From: Dudresnaya verticillata
Lineage: Eukaryota
DNA: 64,000 nucleotides
Assembly: GCA_977862235.1 (NCBI GenBank)
Contig: OZ374565.1
Location: 310,001 to 374,000 of the forward strand
Direction: 5' to 3'
The notes under the pieces were generated by a model that made no database searches, was not told the DNA's origin, and worked only from the letters and a program-made list of their open reading frames with translations. Made by a program: the position numbers and the translations under genes. Of the stretch, positions 1 through 11,104 are shown piece after piece. The first letter of the stretch is position 1. Each line of letters begins with the position of its first letter.

Positions 1-439
1 CTTCCTGAGCCTGCTCCGACTCCACGACGGTCTGCTGACCGATAGGCGGAAGCGCGGCTAACGACGCCTTCAACGCCTCGATGGGCCCCGGTGAGCTCAC
101 CCAGTTCGACTCATAGTTGCAAAGGACGTCTTCGACCCAATCCGCGAGACTGTAGAGAGTCAGATGGGTCACCTCCCAATGGACAGCCAAGCGGATGGCG
201 AGACCTCGACGGTTGAATAAGTCCCGAATGGCGGCATCAGCCCTTGCGACGTTTCGCACTCTGGGTGCGTACGGACCCTGGGGCTGTCCCGACACAGTAG
301 TGTCCATCGGCGGCACGTCAGCCGGAGTCGCGGGAGCCTCGCCGGAAGCACTATGCCAGTCTTCGGTGTAACCAGTCATGCGCTCACCGGTGTCAACGAG
401 AAGCGTCTCACCTTCGGCGGGTTGCGGTTGCAGCAGATA

Positions 440-1537
440 CTACGGTAGGAGAGGGTGCCACTGCACCGGGTCGAAGTCGACCCAATCACCACGGTCGTAC
501 ACCGGCGTCACAAACCCGGTATCCTCCGGAAGGTAGCGATTGCGCTTGCTCACACGACTCCAACGAATGCGTTCGACGAACACGAGGAGCGCCTCCAAAT
601 CCGTAGCGTCGACAGCTGTCGTGGTGAGTAGGCCAATTCCAAGTCCCCGGATCTCGGTGCGCAGACGTGCGTTGATGTAATACAAGTACCCCCGACGGGC
701 TTCATACATGAAGGTCTGCGCCACCATCACCACCCATTCGCTACGGAAGATCATCCACAAGAGGCCATGATGATAGCTTTCGTGCATCATATCAAGGCCT
801 CTATACGCCACGACTGGGGGTGTGCCGACAGGCATGGAGTAGGAAACTTCGTACTCACGATGATCCGTGGGAATAGGGACGTACTTCCCCGTGTAGAACT
901 CGGGCTTGATGGCCACCACTTCTTGGCAGTGCGCCGGCACGAAGCACCCGGTCCGATGACGATGACGACGCTCGAAGCGAAGGAGCTCGCGAGACATCAC
1001 TGTCTGCGGATTGTCCAATGCGTACTTGAAGTTGGACGTCTCGTCCCACCACGTAATGCGCGCCATCGTGAATGGATAGTTATCCCGACCGGGGCGGATG
1101 AGTGGTCGTTCAAAAGCGACCAACTCCAGGCTGTAGCCTCCCTTCGCGTGGAACTCAATCAGCTCCGGCATGGACTCCATGAAGGCTTGAGAGTGGTGCT
1201 CCACGTAACGTTGCTCGAAGAGGATGCGCACCATCGCGAGGTCCCACTTGTGGTTCGTTGGCAACGGCGGAAGCGCGATATTGGTCCCTCGCAGGATACC
1301 AATTCGCTCACGAATGAGAAACTCCCACGAGCGGGCTTGAGCGCGATGACGGCCATAACGGCGGATATCTTCACGACGCGCACCGGCGGTGGCCCGAATA
1401 TGGGTGAGGTCCGTTCGGAGCAGCCAGTCGCGGCTCTTCGTGATAGACAAAGGCACACCTGCCGCATCAACGCCAAACCCGAGGACAGCCGAGCTAGAGC
1501 CCGCCTGCCCATACGGGAGGTTGGGAGTCGTCGCCAT
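440..1537 (-). CDS. Antisense accessory ORF (365 aa) in the 3' internal region of an LTR retrotransposon, function unknown
   Basis: ATG-started ORF with globular composition, antisense to the PPT-LTR at 2301-3113. It continues in frame past the TAG (see copy 2). Confidence 0.65.
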   Translation of the reverse strand: MATTPNLPYGQAGSSSAVLGFGVDAAGVPLSITKSRDWLLRTDLTHIRATAGARREDIRRYGRHRAQARSWEFLIRERIGILRGTNIALPPLPTNHKWDLAMVRILFEQRYVEHHSQAFMESMPELIEFHAKGGYSLELVAFERPLIRPGRDNYPFTMARITWWDETSNFKYALDNPQTVMSRELLRFERRHRHRTGCFVPAHCQEVVAIKPEFYTGKYVPIPTDHREYEVSYSMPVGTPPVVAYRGLDMMHESYHHGLLWMIFRSEWVVMVAQTFMYEARRGYLYYINARLRTEIRGLGIGLLTTTAVDATDLEALLVFVERIRWSRVSKRNRYLPEDTGFVTPVYDRGDWVDFDPVQWHPLLP

Positions 1538-2027
1538 GCGGGCCGAAAAGAGTAGTGAAGCGGAGCGCCGCGCGGATGAGATCTTCTACTTGAGTTCTTC
1601 TCCCTGAAGCTTGAAAACTTGAAGGTCTTCTGCCTGAGGTCTTCTACCTGAAAGCTTGAGCCTGAGACTTGATGGTCTTCTCCCTGAGATTCTTGAAGGT
1701 GTAGCAACACCGGCACAACCGGCCGCGCCAACAAGGCGATGAGAAGCGACGGCGAAGCGCGCAGTCGCGTGAGCACCGCTCCGAAGCAGCTCGCGGAAGC
1801 GCCGCTGCGTACGACGCCGTGCAGGGAAGGGCGAGCGCGATTCGCGTTATGAAAGGAAAGACGCGCACGCCGCGTGGGAGTAATGAAGGATGAAGGCCGG
1901 AGGGCGACAAAGGAGGAGAGAGAAGGAAGCCGATGGCGCAGCGCAGCTGGGAACGTTGAAGAGCGTTGAGTTGCTGCGGGCTGTTGATGCCGAGACGTGA
2001 GAAGTCGCAATCGGGTTGCAACCCTTT

Positions 2028-2060
2028 GCTTATATAGCCGCGCCGCCGCGCCAAAATTGG
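2028..2060 (-). promoter_or_regulatory. Candidate antisense promoter (CCAAT + TATA) for the 365-aa ORF
   Basis: The minus strand reads CCAATT about 20 nt before CTATATAAG, about 490 nt upstream of the ATG at 1537. Confidence 0.35.
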
Positions 2061-2312
2061 CTCACGCAAACTCGTGAGCCGCAATGCTCACGAGTCGCCG
2101 ACGTCGAGACGGGCGTGCCCGCACACTGAGGTGATGGCCCGCGATGACACGCATGTAACCCGGGCCTGCACGGCCGCTGGCCCGACTTAATTCCCCACCG
2201 GGCGCGATACATAGACAGACGTTGGGCGCTCAACCGCTCAGGAAGGAGATTTAAGATTCAGAAACCGCCAATCATAGCCTCGCGGGCCGCTTCGGTCTTC
2301 AGAGGGGGGCTG

Positions 2313-3113
2313 TGTGGCAGTATGGACGCTGTCAGCAGAAGGGCTTACAGAAGCGCACTTCTTTTCGCGGGACAGACTGTCCCTTAATCAGGACAGCTGT
2401 CCTTTCATCGCTGTACACGTGGATGACACTTGGGATACACGTGTGTACACGTGGACTTACAGCTGCACACGTGGCATACACGTGGCCTTGTAATGACGCC
2501 AGTTGGGCGTCTCGTATTGGCTGATTTATGACGCGCCGCTGCGCTCCTACTCACGGACGAGGAGCACCTCTGCGCTCAGGGTATCGACAGTGCAGCCGGG
2601 ACCTCGGCTTGCGCACCGGCGCATCCGCCACCAAGTCCCCTAACTGGAATGCATTCCCACTTTTGACTTGTACTGACTGTACTAATCTTTGTATCTATAA
2701 TCGTAGACTAACTTATACCCCCTTTTGGGCTGATAGAGTTTTCGGCTGTCAAGCCCTACTTATGGGCGCCGGAATAGCCGGCGCCCTCAGAATAAACACT
2801 CAGCGGAGTTGTCCGGGAAGTTTCCATCTTTTGGTCGCTCGGACGCTCCGCGCCTGCAGGGGTCGCCCAGTACAGGCCCGGACATCGTACGACAAGTACT
2901 CTACGAAACACCGGGTCGCAACCTCTATACTTTCCTTCAGCCGGTCGCGCCGAGTCTTTACCTTGCTTCCGCACCCCCCCTTTCGGGTCATCAGGGCCCG
3001 CCTTTTCCAAGCCTCTACCAATCCTCCCTCGAGCTACCACCAATTAGCGTGTGACATCGGACAGCTGTCTTTTCTTGTTCTTTGCTGTTTCTGGCCGCTG
3101 CCATACTGCTACA
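2313..3113 (+). mobile_element. 3' LTR (801 bp) of an LTR retrotransposon inserted into gag of another Ty3/gypsy element
   Basis: Termini TGTGGCAGTATGG...CCATACTGCTACA (13-bp inverted repeat, 1 mismatch). Polypurine tract agagggggg at 2301-2309. Gag-like sequence follows immediately. Confidence 0.85.
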
Positions 3114-3439
3114 GCTCACACCGCGGAAGGGCAAGGCTAAGGTTGATAAGAACAACAGGTCCAAAGACGGTCAGAAAGGCAGTGCTACCGACCGGGGAAA
3201 CTCCGTAAACAATGCAGGGAAGGACCGGGAACGTCCTGCGCCTATTTTTCTAAACGAGGTCTGTGCGAAGAAGTGGAAGCTCCATCCTGGAGGGGTTCGT
3301 AATTGCCCGTTCACCGACCCTGAGAAGGCTGAGGCCGTGATCAAGGAACACATTACCCGCAAGTGAGATAAGGCTGAGGAGGCAAGGCAGGTTCGCTTCG
3401 ACCAACAAGACATTTATGTGAATACTACGCTAATGGGAG

Positions 3440-4113
3440 TGTGGTGTAGTAAGCCGAGGCGCGCATGCGGCACGCCGACGGCGAGCGAACCGTAACGGGT
3501 GATGTGGCAATACGCCACGCTGATGATCTGGCAACTGTAATCGTGGCGGGTGTGTGCGCATTACTGTGCACTTGTCTGCATCGCTGTACTGTAAGTGGAG
3601 CGCACCAAACGTAGCAGAGTATTTGTAGTCTTTATTCTTTATTTTTAGTGAGTCTGTGTACAGTGTGTAGAGTAGCGCGCCAGCCAATGAGAATGCTGCG
3701 CATGTCCGTGTCGGAGATTCGGACCAGCAGGGCCAATTCCACCATAGGACCAGACCACTAGGGTCCGGCCCCCACGGACCGGACCGCTCGGTGCCACCCT
3801 GACTTGTATATCAGGGCGGCACCGCAGCGGCTCCTAAGGTAAAGGGGTAAGCAACCTTAGCCCAATCCTTTGCGGTTTTCCCCGCGCCGAGCCCGTTGCA
3901 GTCTACCACCACCACCGTTACGGAGTCCGTCCCGGCACTTGTACCACCCCCTTGTCTGTTGCTTCCGAATATCCGTCTCGGTTAGCCGCTCGCTGTACTC
4001 CCGTTTCGGTGCGAACTGCTCTACCACCCCGTGGAGGTAGTGTTGCTCTCGTCCGTTAAGGAAAGTCAGGCCAGCTGTCCGTCTCGGAGTTCGTTGGTTT
4101 TCACTACACCACA
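3440..4113 (+). mobile_element. Solo LTR (674 bp), TSD GGGAG
   Basis: Ends TGTGGTGTAGT...ACTACACCACA, with GGGAG at 3435-3439 and 4114-4118. Similar to the LTR at 8531-9211. Confidence 0.92.
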
Positions 4114-4239
4114 GGGAGCTACATTCGCTGGGCTAGTGGAACGCACGACGTGTGCTGATGGCGTTTCAGACATAAATTTGATGCCGCCAGGACTGTATGC
4201 CACACTTCTAGAGAAGAGAGCAGACATGTCAGTGAAGAC

Positions 4240-5013
4240 TGTAATATAGACGTCGGGTCGATCCGACGTCTGGTACTTGCTGGTCCGAAGCCGCCAAACA
4301 GACCCGTCGATGGGTAGCTGTTGGGGTTGGTAGAGCGGTGTCGGCCGCGTGCGCCCCGCAGGTGTGGATCGACGACGTCGATGCCGAAGCGCGCACGGGG
4401 CGTACCGTACGTGGGTAGGCAGCGGCCGGATCCCAGCGTTCCTGTCGAAGGGCGGCACGAAGCCGACGGAAAGGAAAAGGAAAGGGGAAAGCCTAGCGAG
4501 GCAAGGTGAAAAAGGGAAACCGCCCGCTGGCGTAAGGCATAGGGATCGAACCCGAAAAGGCTGGGGGCAAGCTTCAGCGCGAGCTGTTGCTTACCCGGTT
4601 TACTGAGCCGTCGATGGCCGACGGTCTTAAATACCCTACACTATGTGCACTACGACTAATTCTACAGTAGGTGCGCCCCACAACACCAACGCGGGAGGTG
4701 TGCGAGCGCGCGCCCATACACGTGTCGACACGTCCGGGTAACGGTTACCCGTGGGCGCGCGCGGGGCGTAACGGGCAGCGGCCCTCTCAACGGCTCGATG
4801 CCGGAGAGTGTCACAGGGGCGCGCCATGTGCGGCACGGCGCGTGGCCGCTGCCGGCAGTAATGCGGTCGACCGCTACTAATTCAACGAAAAAACGAAGGG
4901 CACGCTGCCCAACCACGACTCGCCAGCGGGCGTCATCGTGTGAACCCTTACAGTGCAGAGCTGCCAGCATACCTTACAGCCGCTGCTGGTAGGGTGCTGA
5001 CAGCTATACTACA
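4240..5013 (-). mobile_element. Solo LTR (774 bp), TSD AAGAC
   Basis: Ends TGTAATATAG...CTATACTACA, with AAGAC at 4235-4239 and 5014-5018. Pol-like sequence resumes after it. Orientation is inferred. Confidence 0.9.
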
Positions 5014-6428
5014 AAGACGTTTGAAAAGACAAATAAGTTCGGGCTAGCAGCGTCCGACTGTCATGTCCAGTACAGTAAGGAGGTGTCTCTTGACACCGAA
5101 CTCCACATAAGGCACGGCAAATCACTGATGATACGGAACCTAAAGTGGTATGCGTCAGTCCAGAAAATGAAAGAGCCGTTTTTGGGACGCCCGATTCAAG
5201 AAGCCCTGGGATTAGATGCTAAGAAGATGTTAAAGGCAACGTGCGATAGGTACCGAGGGATGGTAGATGCTAATGATTTAGTAGAAAGCGAGGAGTACGT
5301 AGAAGGTTCGATAGCTAGGATCCTGTCATCGAGACTCTTCCACTCGGACAAGGCAGCGACGGAGGATGATTCCGCAGCAGAAGAAGGGCATTCGATTGAT
5401 CTTGGAATCGATACGCCGGAGGAGCTAGATGCAGCATTTAATAGGATGCTCAGGCAAGCAGAAGAGAATGGGATTAGTCAACCAGGATTGGAATATATGC
5501 GAAAATTGTTGGGCGAGTACTCTGACGTGTTCTGCGTAAGATTAGGCCTCGGGCTGCCAGCGGACGTGGAGCCAATGCAAGTACACATCAAGGAAGGTTT
5601 GGTCCCATATATTGCGAAGGCACGGTGTTAGCCAACTGATCAACGTGCGTTCATGTCGAAGTTTATGAGCAGACTGATCGACTATGGTATGGCAAAGCCC
5701 AACCCGAATGCTGAATGGGCTGCGCCTGCGCTACTGGTCCCGAAGAACCCCCGGCGAAATACAGACTCACTTTCGATCTGAGACGAGTTAATCAGTGTAC
5801 GAAACCCACGACGTGGCCAATGCCACAAATACAGTCCGAGCTCATGGACTTCTCTGGGAGTGGATTCTTCGCGAGTATTGATTTCTGTAACGGATATTGG
5901 CAGATGCCGTTACACCAGGACAGCCAGGCCTATCACAGTTTCCTGACACCTACATGGGCATGTCAGCCGACGAGAACCCTTCAGGGCGCCCAGAACGCCG
6001 CCCAAAACTTCCAGTCAAGGGTGGAACCGTGTTTCAGAGAGTTGAAGGAATTGCTAAAGGCATTGCTCGACGATTTTGCAGTACATAATCGGCCGGAGGC
6101 TGGTCTGATACAAACTCTAAGGTCATTCTTTGAAATATGCAGATAGAGAAACTTGAAGATCTCAGCAAGAAGACGGTATTATTCGCTAGGACACTGCGTT
6201 GGTGCGGATACGTTGTCGACAAGGACGGGGTGGAATGCGACCCGCGTCGGCTCAGCGGCCTGAAGGACGGGCACCCACCCGTCAATGCAGCAGAATTGTC
6301 TCAGTTTGTCAATTGTCTCCAATGCATGAGCGCGTACATCCCAGACTTTGCGCAAAGGATCTTGTGCACAGATCTCGCCACTACGTGATGTACTAGAACG
6401 GTCTCAACTCCTTCAGGAGTAGACTACG

Positions 6429-8515
6429 TTACGGTCTTCTTCGGCGACGAGGTCGTGCGGTGGCCCCACGCCTTGATGGCTTCTCCACCCGGGGATTCTC
6501 TGGGCACAAGGACCCTGGGGTCCTCGCGCCCCTCTCGATCTCGTCAACGCCTACTGGTGTAATCTCGTCAGGGGGTGGACTGTCCAGTCGCCCCTGTAAC
6601 GGATATACACCGGATGGAGTTCCCCACTCGCACGACAACGGAATCCTTGATGGCCCCTCCGTCATGGGGTACAACCTCGAGCGGGAGCGCATCGCGTGCC
6701 AGCTCGACATTTGCTCGTTGATTAACCACACCGGCTCGGGGTCTTCTTCTGACGGGAAATAGGCCATCTCACATCCAGAGTTGAGCGGTGGCAACAACAG
6801 CAGGCCGTCTTCATCCCAATGGTAACCGGTAAACCCTGGGTTCTCTACCATTTGGTTTTCGCGTGGACCGTGAATGAAGAGTCGCTCAACACGCGCCAAA
6901 GGGTATTCGGTCCCCTCGACCAGCCGGGCTACTCCAACTTGGTGTATAAGCGCAACCACCTTGCCGGGAAATTTGAAGATTCGCCCACACTCGCCACCCT
7001 CCGGGTCCGTCCTGTTCCGCGGGTATGCTCTCCAGTCGGTCATCTTCGAATTGGCTCTCATGCCCCGGTAGGTAACCTGTAACCACGAGAAAAGGACGAA
7101 TATTGCCCATTCCGCTCGGCGTATCCGCCCCAACACGGTCATCAGTGGATGGTCAGCTGACTTCTCCCCACCTGGGTGTGCAGCTTGCCAGTCGTGATGC
7201 TGTATAAACCGATTGGAGAAATAAGCCACCACCGTCGGAGTTGGCACTGACAACCAACGGGTGACTTAGTACTCAGCCCTCCAATCCGGAGCGGTGCAGT
7301 ACAGTCGACGATGCGCGCTCCCGGCGCCACCTGGAAAAAATCGTTCGTGTTCCAAGTATGGAGTATCACCCTTCTGAGGTGGCGCACGTCTCTACCCCGC
7401 AACAGGATCCGGTGTTCTTTCGCTGCGTCATCCGCCCACCGTTGCGGATTCCCAAACCAGTGGAAGCCTTGGTAGTACGGCTTCTCGTAGCACAGGAAGA
7501 CGACACGAACTGCAAGGTCTCGCAGTCGATGGGCCAGCGCCAGCAGCCGACACACCTTGTTGGGGTAGCCTTCCTGTTCCTGACACCTCAACCACACGAT
7601 GTCGCAACCGGTTGGAGTCCTCACTCTACAATTTGAGTGGATCCACCTAGCCCTCCACATCTCCTCACGCCGATTCGGGAACCACTTGTTGTTGATTTAC
7701 CCACTGGAGTCCGTTACGGCGCTATAGCGACGTCCCGGGAGGTTGTCACCATCGTTTGCCACGAGCACCGCTACCGGCATGGGGAGGAGGACCATATCAG
7801 GCTCCTCTTCAGTACGCTGCCGCCGGCCGGTACGGTGATCATAGTCCCGACCCGGCAACGTTCTTTCATCGGTGTATCCCGTCGATTCCGCGTGCCCATG
7901 GTAGCTCCCTTGCGTTCCCGGCGTATATGGCAGCGAGCCCGACGGTCCGCCGCCTGCACCCATGTGGAGTGGGGGTGAGGCTACTGCACCTCCAACTTGC
8001 CCATACGGGGGACCCGGCGCGTACGTCTCGTATCGCCGATGCGGAGTTGCCCGACGATAGCCAAGGGACCCCATCGCGGTGTTGCCTTTCGAGGGGCCAA
8101 GCCGTTGTGCCCCCAGCCCCACTTGTCGATCCGGAGGCGGAGTAGGCGTCGTTGGAGCCTCGCCACCATCACGCCGCCTCGGCACCCGCGGGCTTATCGC
8201 ACGTGTCGGCAACGCCGGTGTTGCGCTCGTTGCAGCCACAAACTCCGGCATGGTGTCCGCGGGCTCGCCGCCTTCTCCTTCTTCTGCTTCCGGCCCAGGA
8301 GCCTCTCCCACTAAGGGTGTATGCCGTGTCGGATGGAAGGGGCGCCGTGCGCGGTCAGTGTTACCGCCCGCCATCGCTAGCGGCACACCGGGTTGGACTC
8401 GAGCGTTTGTGGATTTGCCCGAGGTGGAGCGCACTGTTGGTGTTAGTTCCGCTGTTGGATACACCTGAGTGGAGATGCCAAAGACGTGCTGCGGCGCACG
8501 AGGACGTGGCGCCAT
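6429..8515 (-). pseudogene. Disrupted antisense accessory ORF (~690 codons) of a second LTR retrotransposon family
   Basis: ORFs 7697-8515 and 7142-7660 are in frame across one stop, and 6429-7253 follows after a frameshift. The ATG lies a few nt from the PPT. Shares motifs (PxVVAY, RxEW) with the 365-aa ORF. Confidence 0.6.
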
Positions 8516-8530
8516 TGAAGAAGGGGGGTC

Positions 8531-9211
8531 TGTGGTGAAGTGTCCGTTTCGGAGTGCGGACGACGGGCGAGCCGACGTGCGACCGTCGACAACCCGCGCT
8601 CTGCTAAGCGCGCGTCAAAAGCCGAAGCGGGAGTACAGCGACACAGTAGCACTGTATGCCCTGCTGGAGTCTGCGCTCACCACCAATCGGAGCCAAGTAG
8701 TTGATTTATTTGTAATTAGGTAATTGTAATGATGCTGTACAGTACGTAGTGTCAGCCAGCCAATAAGAATGCCGAGCATGTCCGAAACGTTGACCGGGAC
8801 CAGTAGGACCGGACCCACCTGGTGGACCAGACCCATTGGGGTCTGGCCCACACGGACCGGACCGCGGGGCGTATCTCCCAGTATAATAATGGGTGGCCAC
8901 CGCGAGTCCTACAGTAAACGGGTACGCAACCCTGGGCAAAGTGACTCACCCTAAGCCTTACCCTCATACTCCTTTTCGGTTTCCCCTCGCCAGCCCGGTG
9001 CACGGATTCGTCTTACCTCCGTCCCGGCGTAGCTGTCCTGTCACTGTACCGTCCTCCTTGTCCGTTGCGTCCTGTTACTCCTTACAGGTTTTGCCGCTCT
9101 AGGTACTCCCTTCGGTCTACGAACTAAGCTCTACCTCCCCGGTGCCGTGTTAGATCACTCCTTCTTGGGATTGCCTGATCAAATCTCCTTAAAGGTGCGC
9201 CTTTCACTACA
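8531..9211 (+). mobile_element. 3' LTR (681 bp)
   Basis: PPT gaagaagggggg just before TGTGGTGAA, and the end is TTCACTACA. Shares blocks with solo LTR 3440-4113. Confidence 0.82.
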
Positions 9212-9240
9212 GCACATCAAGCGAAAACGTTTTGGCAGTG

Positions 9241-9883
9241 TGTAGTAGTATGGCCCGTCAAGGCAGAAACCCGCCAACCGGCAAGGACAGCTGTCCTGAC
9301 GGTGCACAACACACTAGCTTGGGTAGCTCGGGAAAATGTTGGTAGAGACTTTGAAAGGCACAGAGCCTAAGGGAAAAGGGAAAAAATGGGCGGCGCCACC
9401 CAGCTCGCACAGAGCAACCGTCGTGTGGAGGCAAGGCTCGTAAAGCACCTGAAAGAGAGGTTACGGTGAGTCCGTGAATTCCAGAAAAAGGGTAAAGACC
9501 CAAAACCCACCGTGGGTTCTATTCAGGAGGCCCCTGCTACTCAGGGGCCTATTAAGTATACAGAGCCGAAAATGCTCTTACCTCCTGTGAGCTATTCTAA
9601 GCTATTCTAACTGTCATTATTAATCTAATTGTACTGTTGTCAGTTATAAATACGGATTAGTGGTAGTACCGCGTCGGGACGTGTGAGCGGCCACAATAAA
9701 TTACCCAATGGCAATTTGCCATCAAATTTGGTGCCAGCAGGGACGCCAGCGAGGAGCATCGCCCTTGCAGCACACGGTGCTTGTGCGCGCCTTACAGCTT
9801 GATGCGCGTGGCCGTCTTACACCTTAACGCGCACAAATGACTTACAGTGCGCCAGCACTTCTGCTGCGGCTCATTCTTCCACA
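9241..9883 (-). mobile_element. Probable solo LTR (~643 bp)
   Basis: Ends TGTAGTAGTATG...CATTCTTCCACA, with a degenerate TSD (gagtg in copy 2, gaggg on the right). Shares cccctgctactcagggg and gagccgaaaa blocks with solo LTR 25944-26669. Confidence 0.65.
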
Positions 9884-10612
9884 GAGGGTTGTAGAACGGG
9901 GAATGCAGAATCCGTATTAAGACAGCATGCATATACAAACGGGCTGTGCTGCGGAGAAGGACGAGGCTACCCAATACTGATACGGTAATTGATATTTTTT
10001 GACGGTAGATCCTCCATTTGTATGCTTTGCTGGGCCCTGCAACCCATTATATTACTTTTGGATAGCTTAAACAAACAACCGGGTAGACAACCCGAACACT
10101 CAATTTAGGAGTAGCTTAATCAGGTAGTGCCTGGCCCCATTCCTGGGTGAGACCTTCTATTTTACCCTTTTCCTAGTATATTGTACAACATTTAGCCTTT
10201 CGCTACAGTACTATAAAGCTGCAGTGAATCGGGGAGCTGAAAACTTCCCGGCACCAAGAATGTTATCAAGAACACCAACCTCAGAAGCTTCAGCAACCCG
10301 CCGTCGCAGCCGCTACCCCGGCACGATACGCCCCAGCCCTCGGTGTGTGTCTCGAGCTACCGAGTACACACCGTCGAATAGGCCGATTATTATTTTTACA
10401 AGGCCCACCGGTCCGCCCATCGGACCAACTCCAAGTCGATTCTACGACAGCCACGTCTTTATTAAAATCCAGAGGCAATAATTACATCTTTTGAATGGCT
10501 CCTGTCATCCCCATCAGTTCCTGACAACTCCTGTTGTGGCTGCGCCACTCCTAACACGCATCATGAATTTTTATGCGCGACCACTGTACATACACGTATA
10601 CCATCAACAGGT

Positions 10613-10819
10613 GTGGCGTTTGTCTCGTCAGGTTCCGACGACGGATCAGTTCATGTGTGGGATTTGCGATCTCAAAGCCTATTGCTGGAGCGGAGGACGA
10701 TTCACGCGCTGCCTTCAACCTGTGCCTTATGGAACCCGGTGTACCAAATGCTCACGACTTCACGCCAAAACGTTCTGTTTTGGTTGCCGGAAGGGCCGGA
10801 CTCCTCTCCCGAGTACTAG
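10613..10819 (+). pseudogene. 3' fragment of a WD40 protein resembling the WDR82/Swd2 C-terminus
   Basis: FVSSGSDDGSVHVWD is a WD40 repeat, and WNPVYQML...VLFWLP resembles the WDR82/Swd2 tail (family call from memory). No upstream repeats are visible. Confidence 0.6.
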
Positions 10820-11104
10820 GTTGCTATATGTCCGAGGTTCGTGGCATGTTGATTCGTAGACCTACTGCTGTATCAAGTGTGTAGAAACTGTTGCCTCGAA
10901 AGCTTACTGCCAACTTCTCATTGTCGATCGAGAATCTGTCGAACAAAACTGGCCCTGTTTTTATAAAGGCGTCATCGCCCCAAACTGTACAGATTAAGAC
11001 GGTATGTCACGTTTCACCTCAACTACAACTTCTTCCTTGTTCTGGAAGCAGCTTCCCATCACATGGAAAGCTACAGCATACGGTCATTCCTTCTGCGCTT
11101 CTTA

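Larger units (their letters stand above)
3114..6362 (+). pseudogene. Degenerate Ty3/gypsy gag-pol fragment (gag C-terminus, protease, RT) split by two solo LTRs and truncated
   Basis: Gag knuckle-like PIFLNEVC..H..C, protease-like CADGVSDINL, RT motifs YRLTFDLRRVN, IDFCNGYWQ, LLDD and WCGYVV. Contains stops and frameshifts and breaks after DFAQRI. Confidence 0.9.

Noticed and set aside
767..2084. Overlapping 262, 283 and 146 aa ORFs
   Set aside because: Shadow or alternate frames in GC-rich DNA with no protein-like features.
4540..4556. B-box-like gggttcgatccc (minus strand) in a solo LTR
   Set aside because: No convincing A box or cloverleaf.
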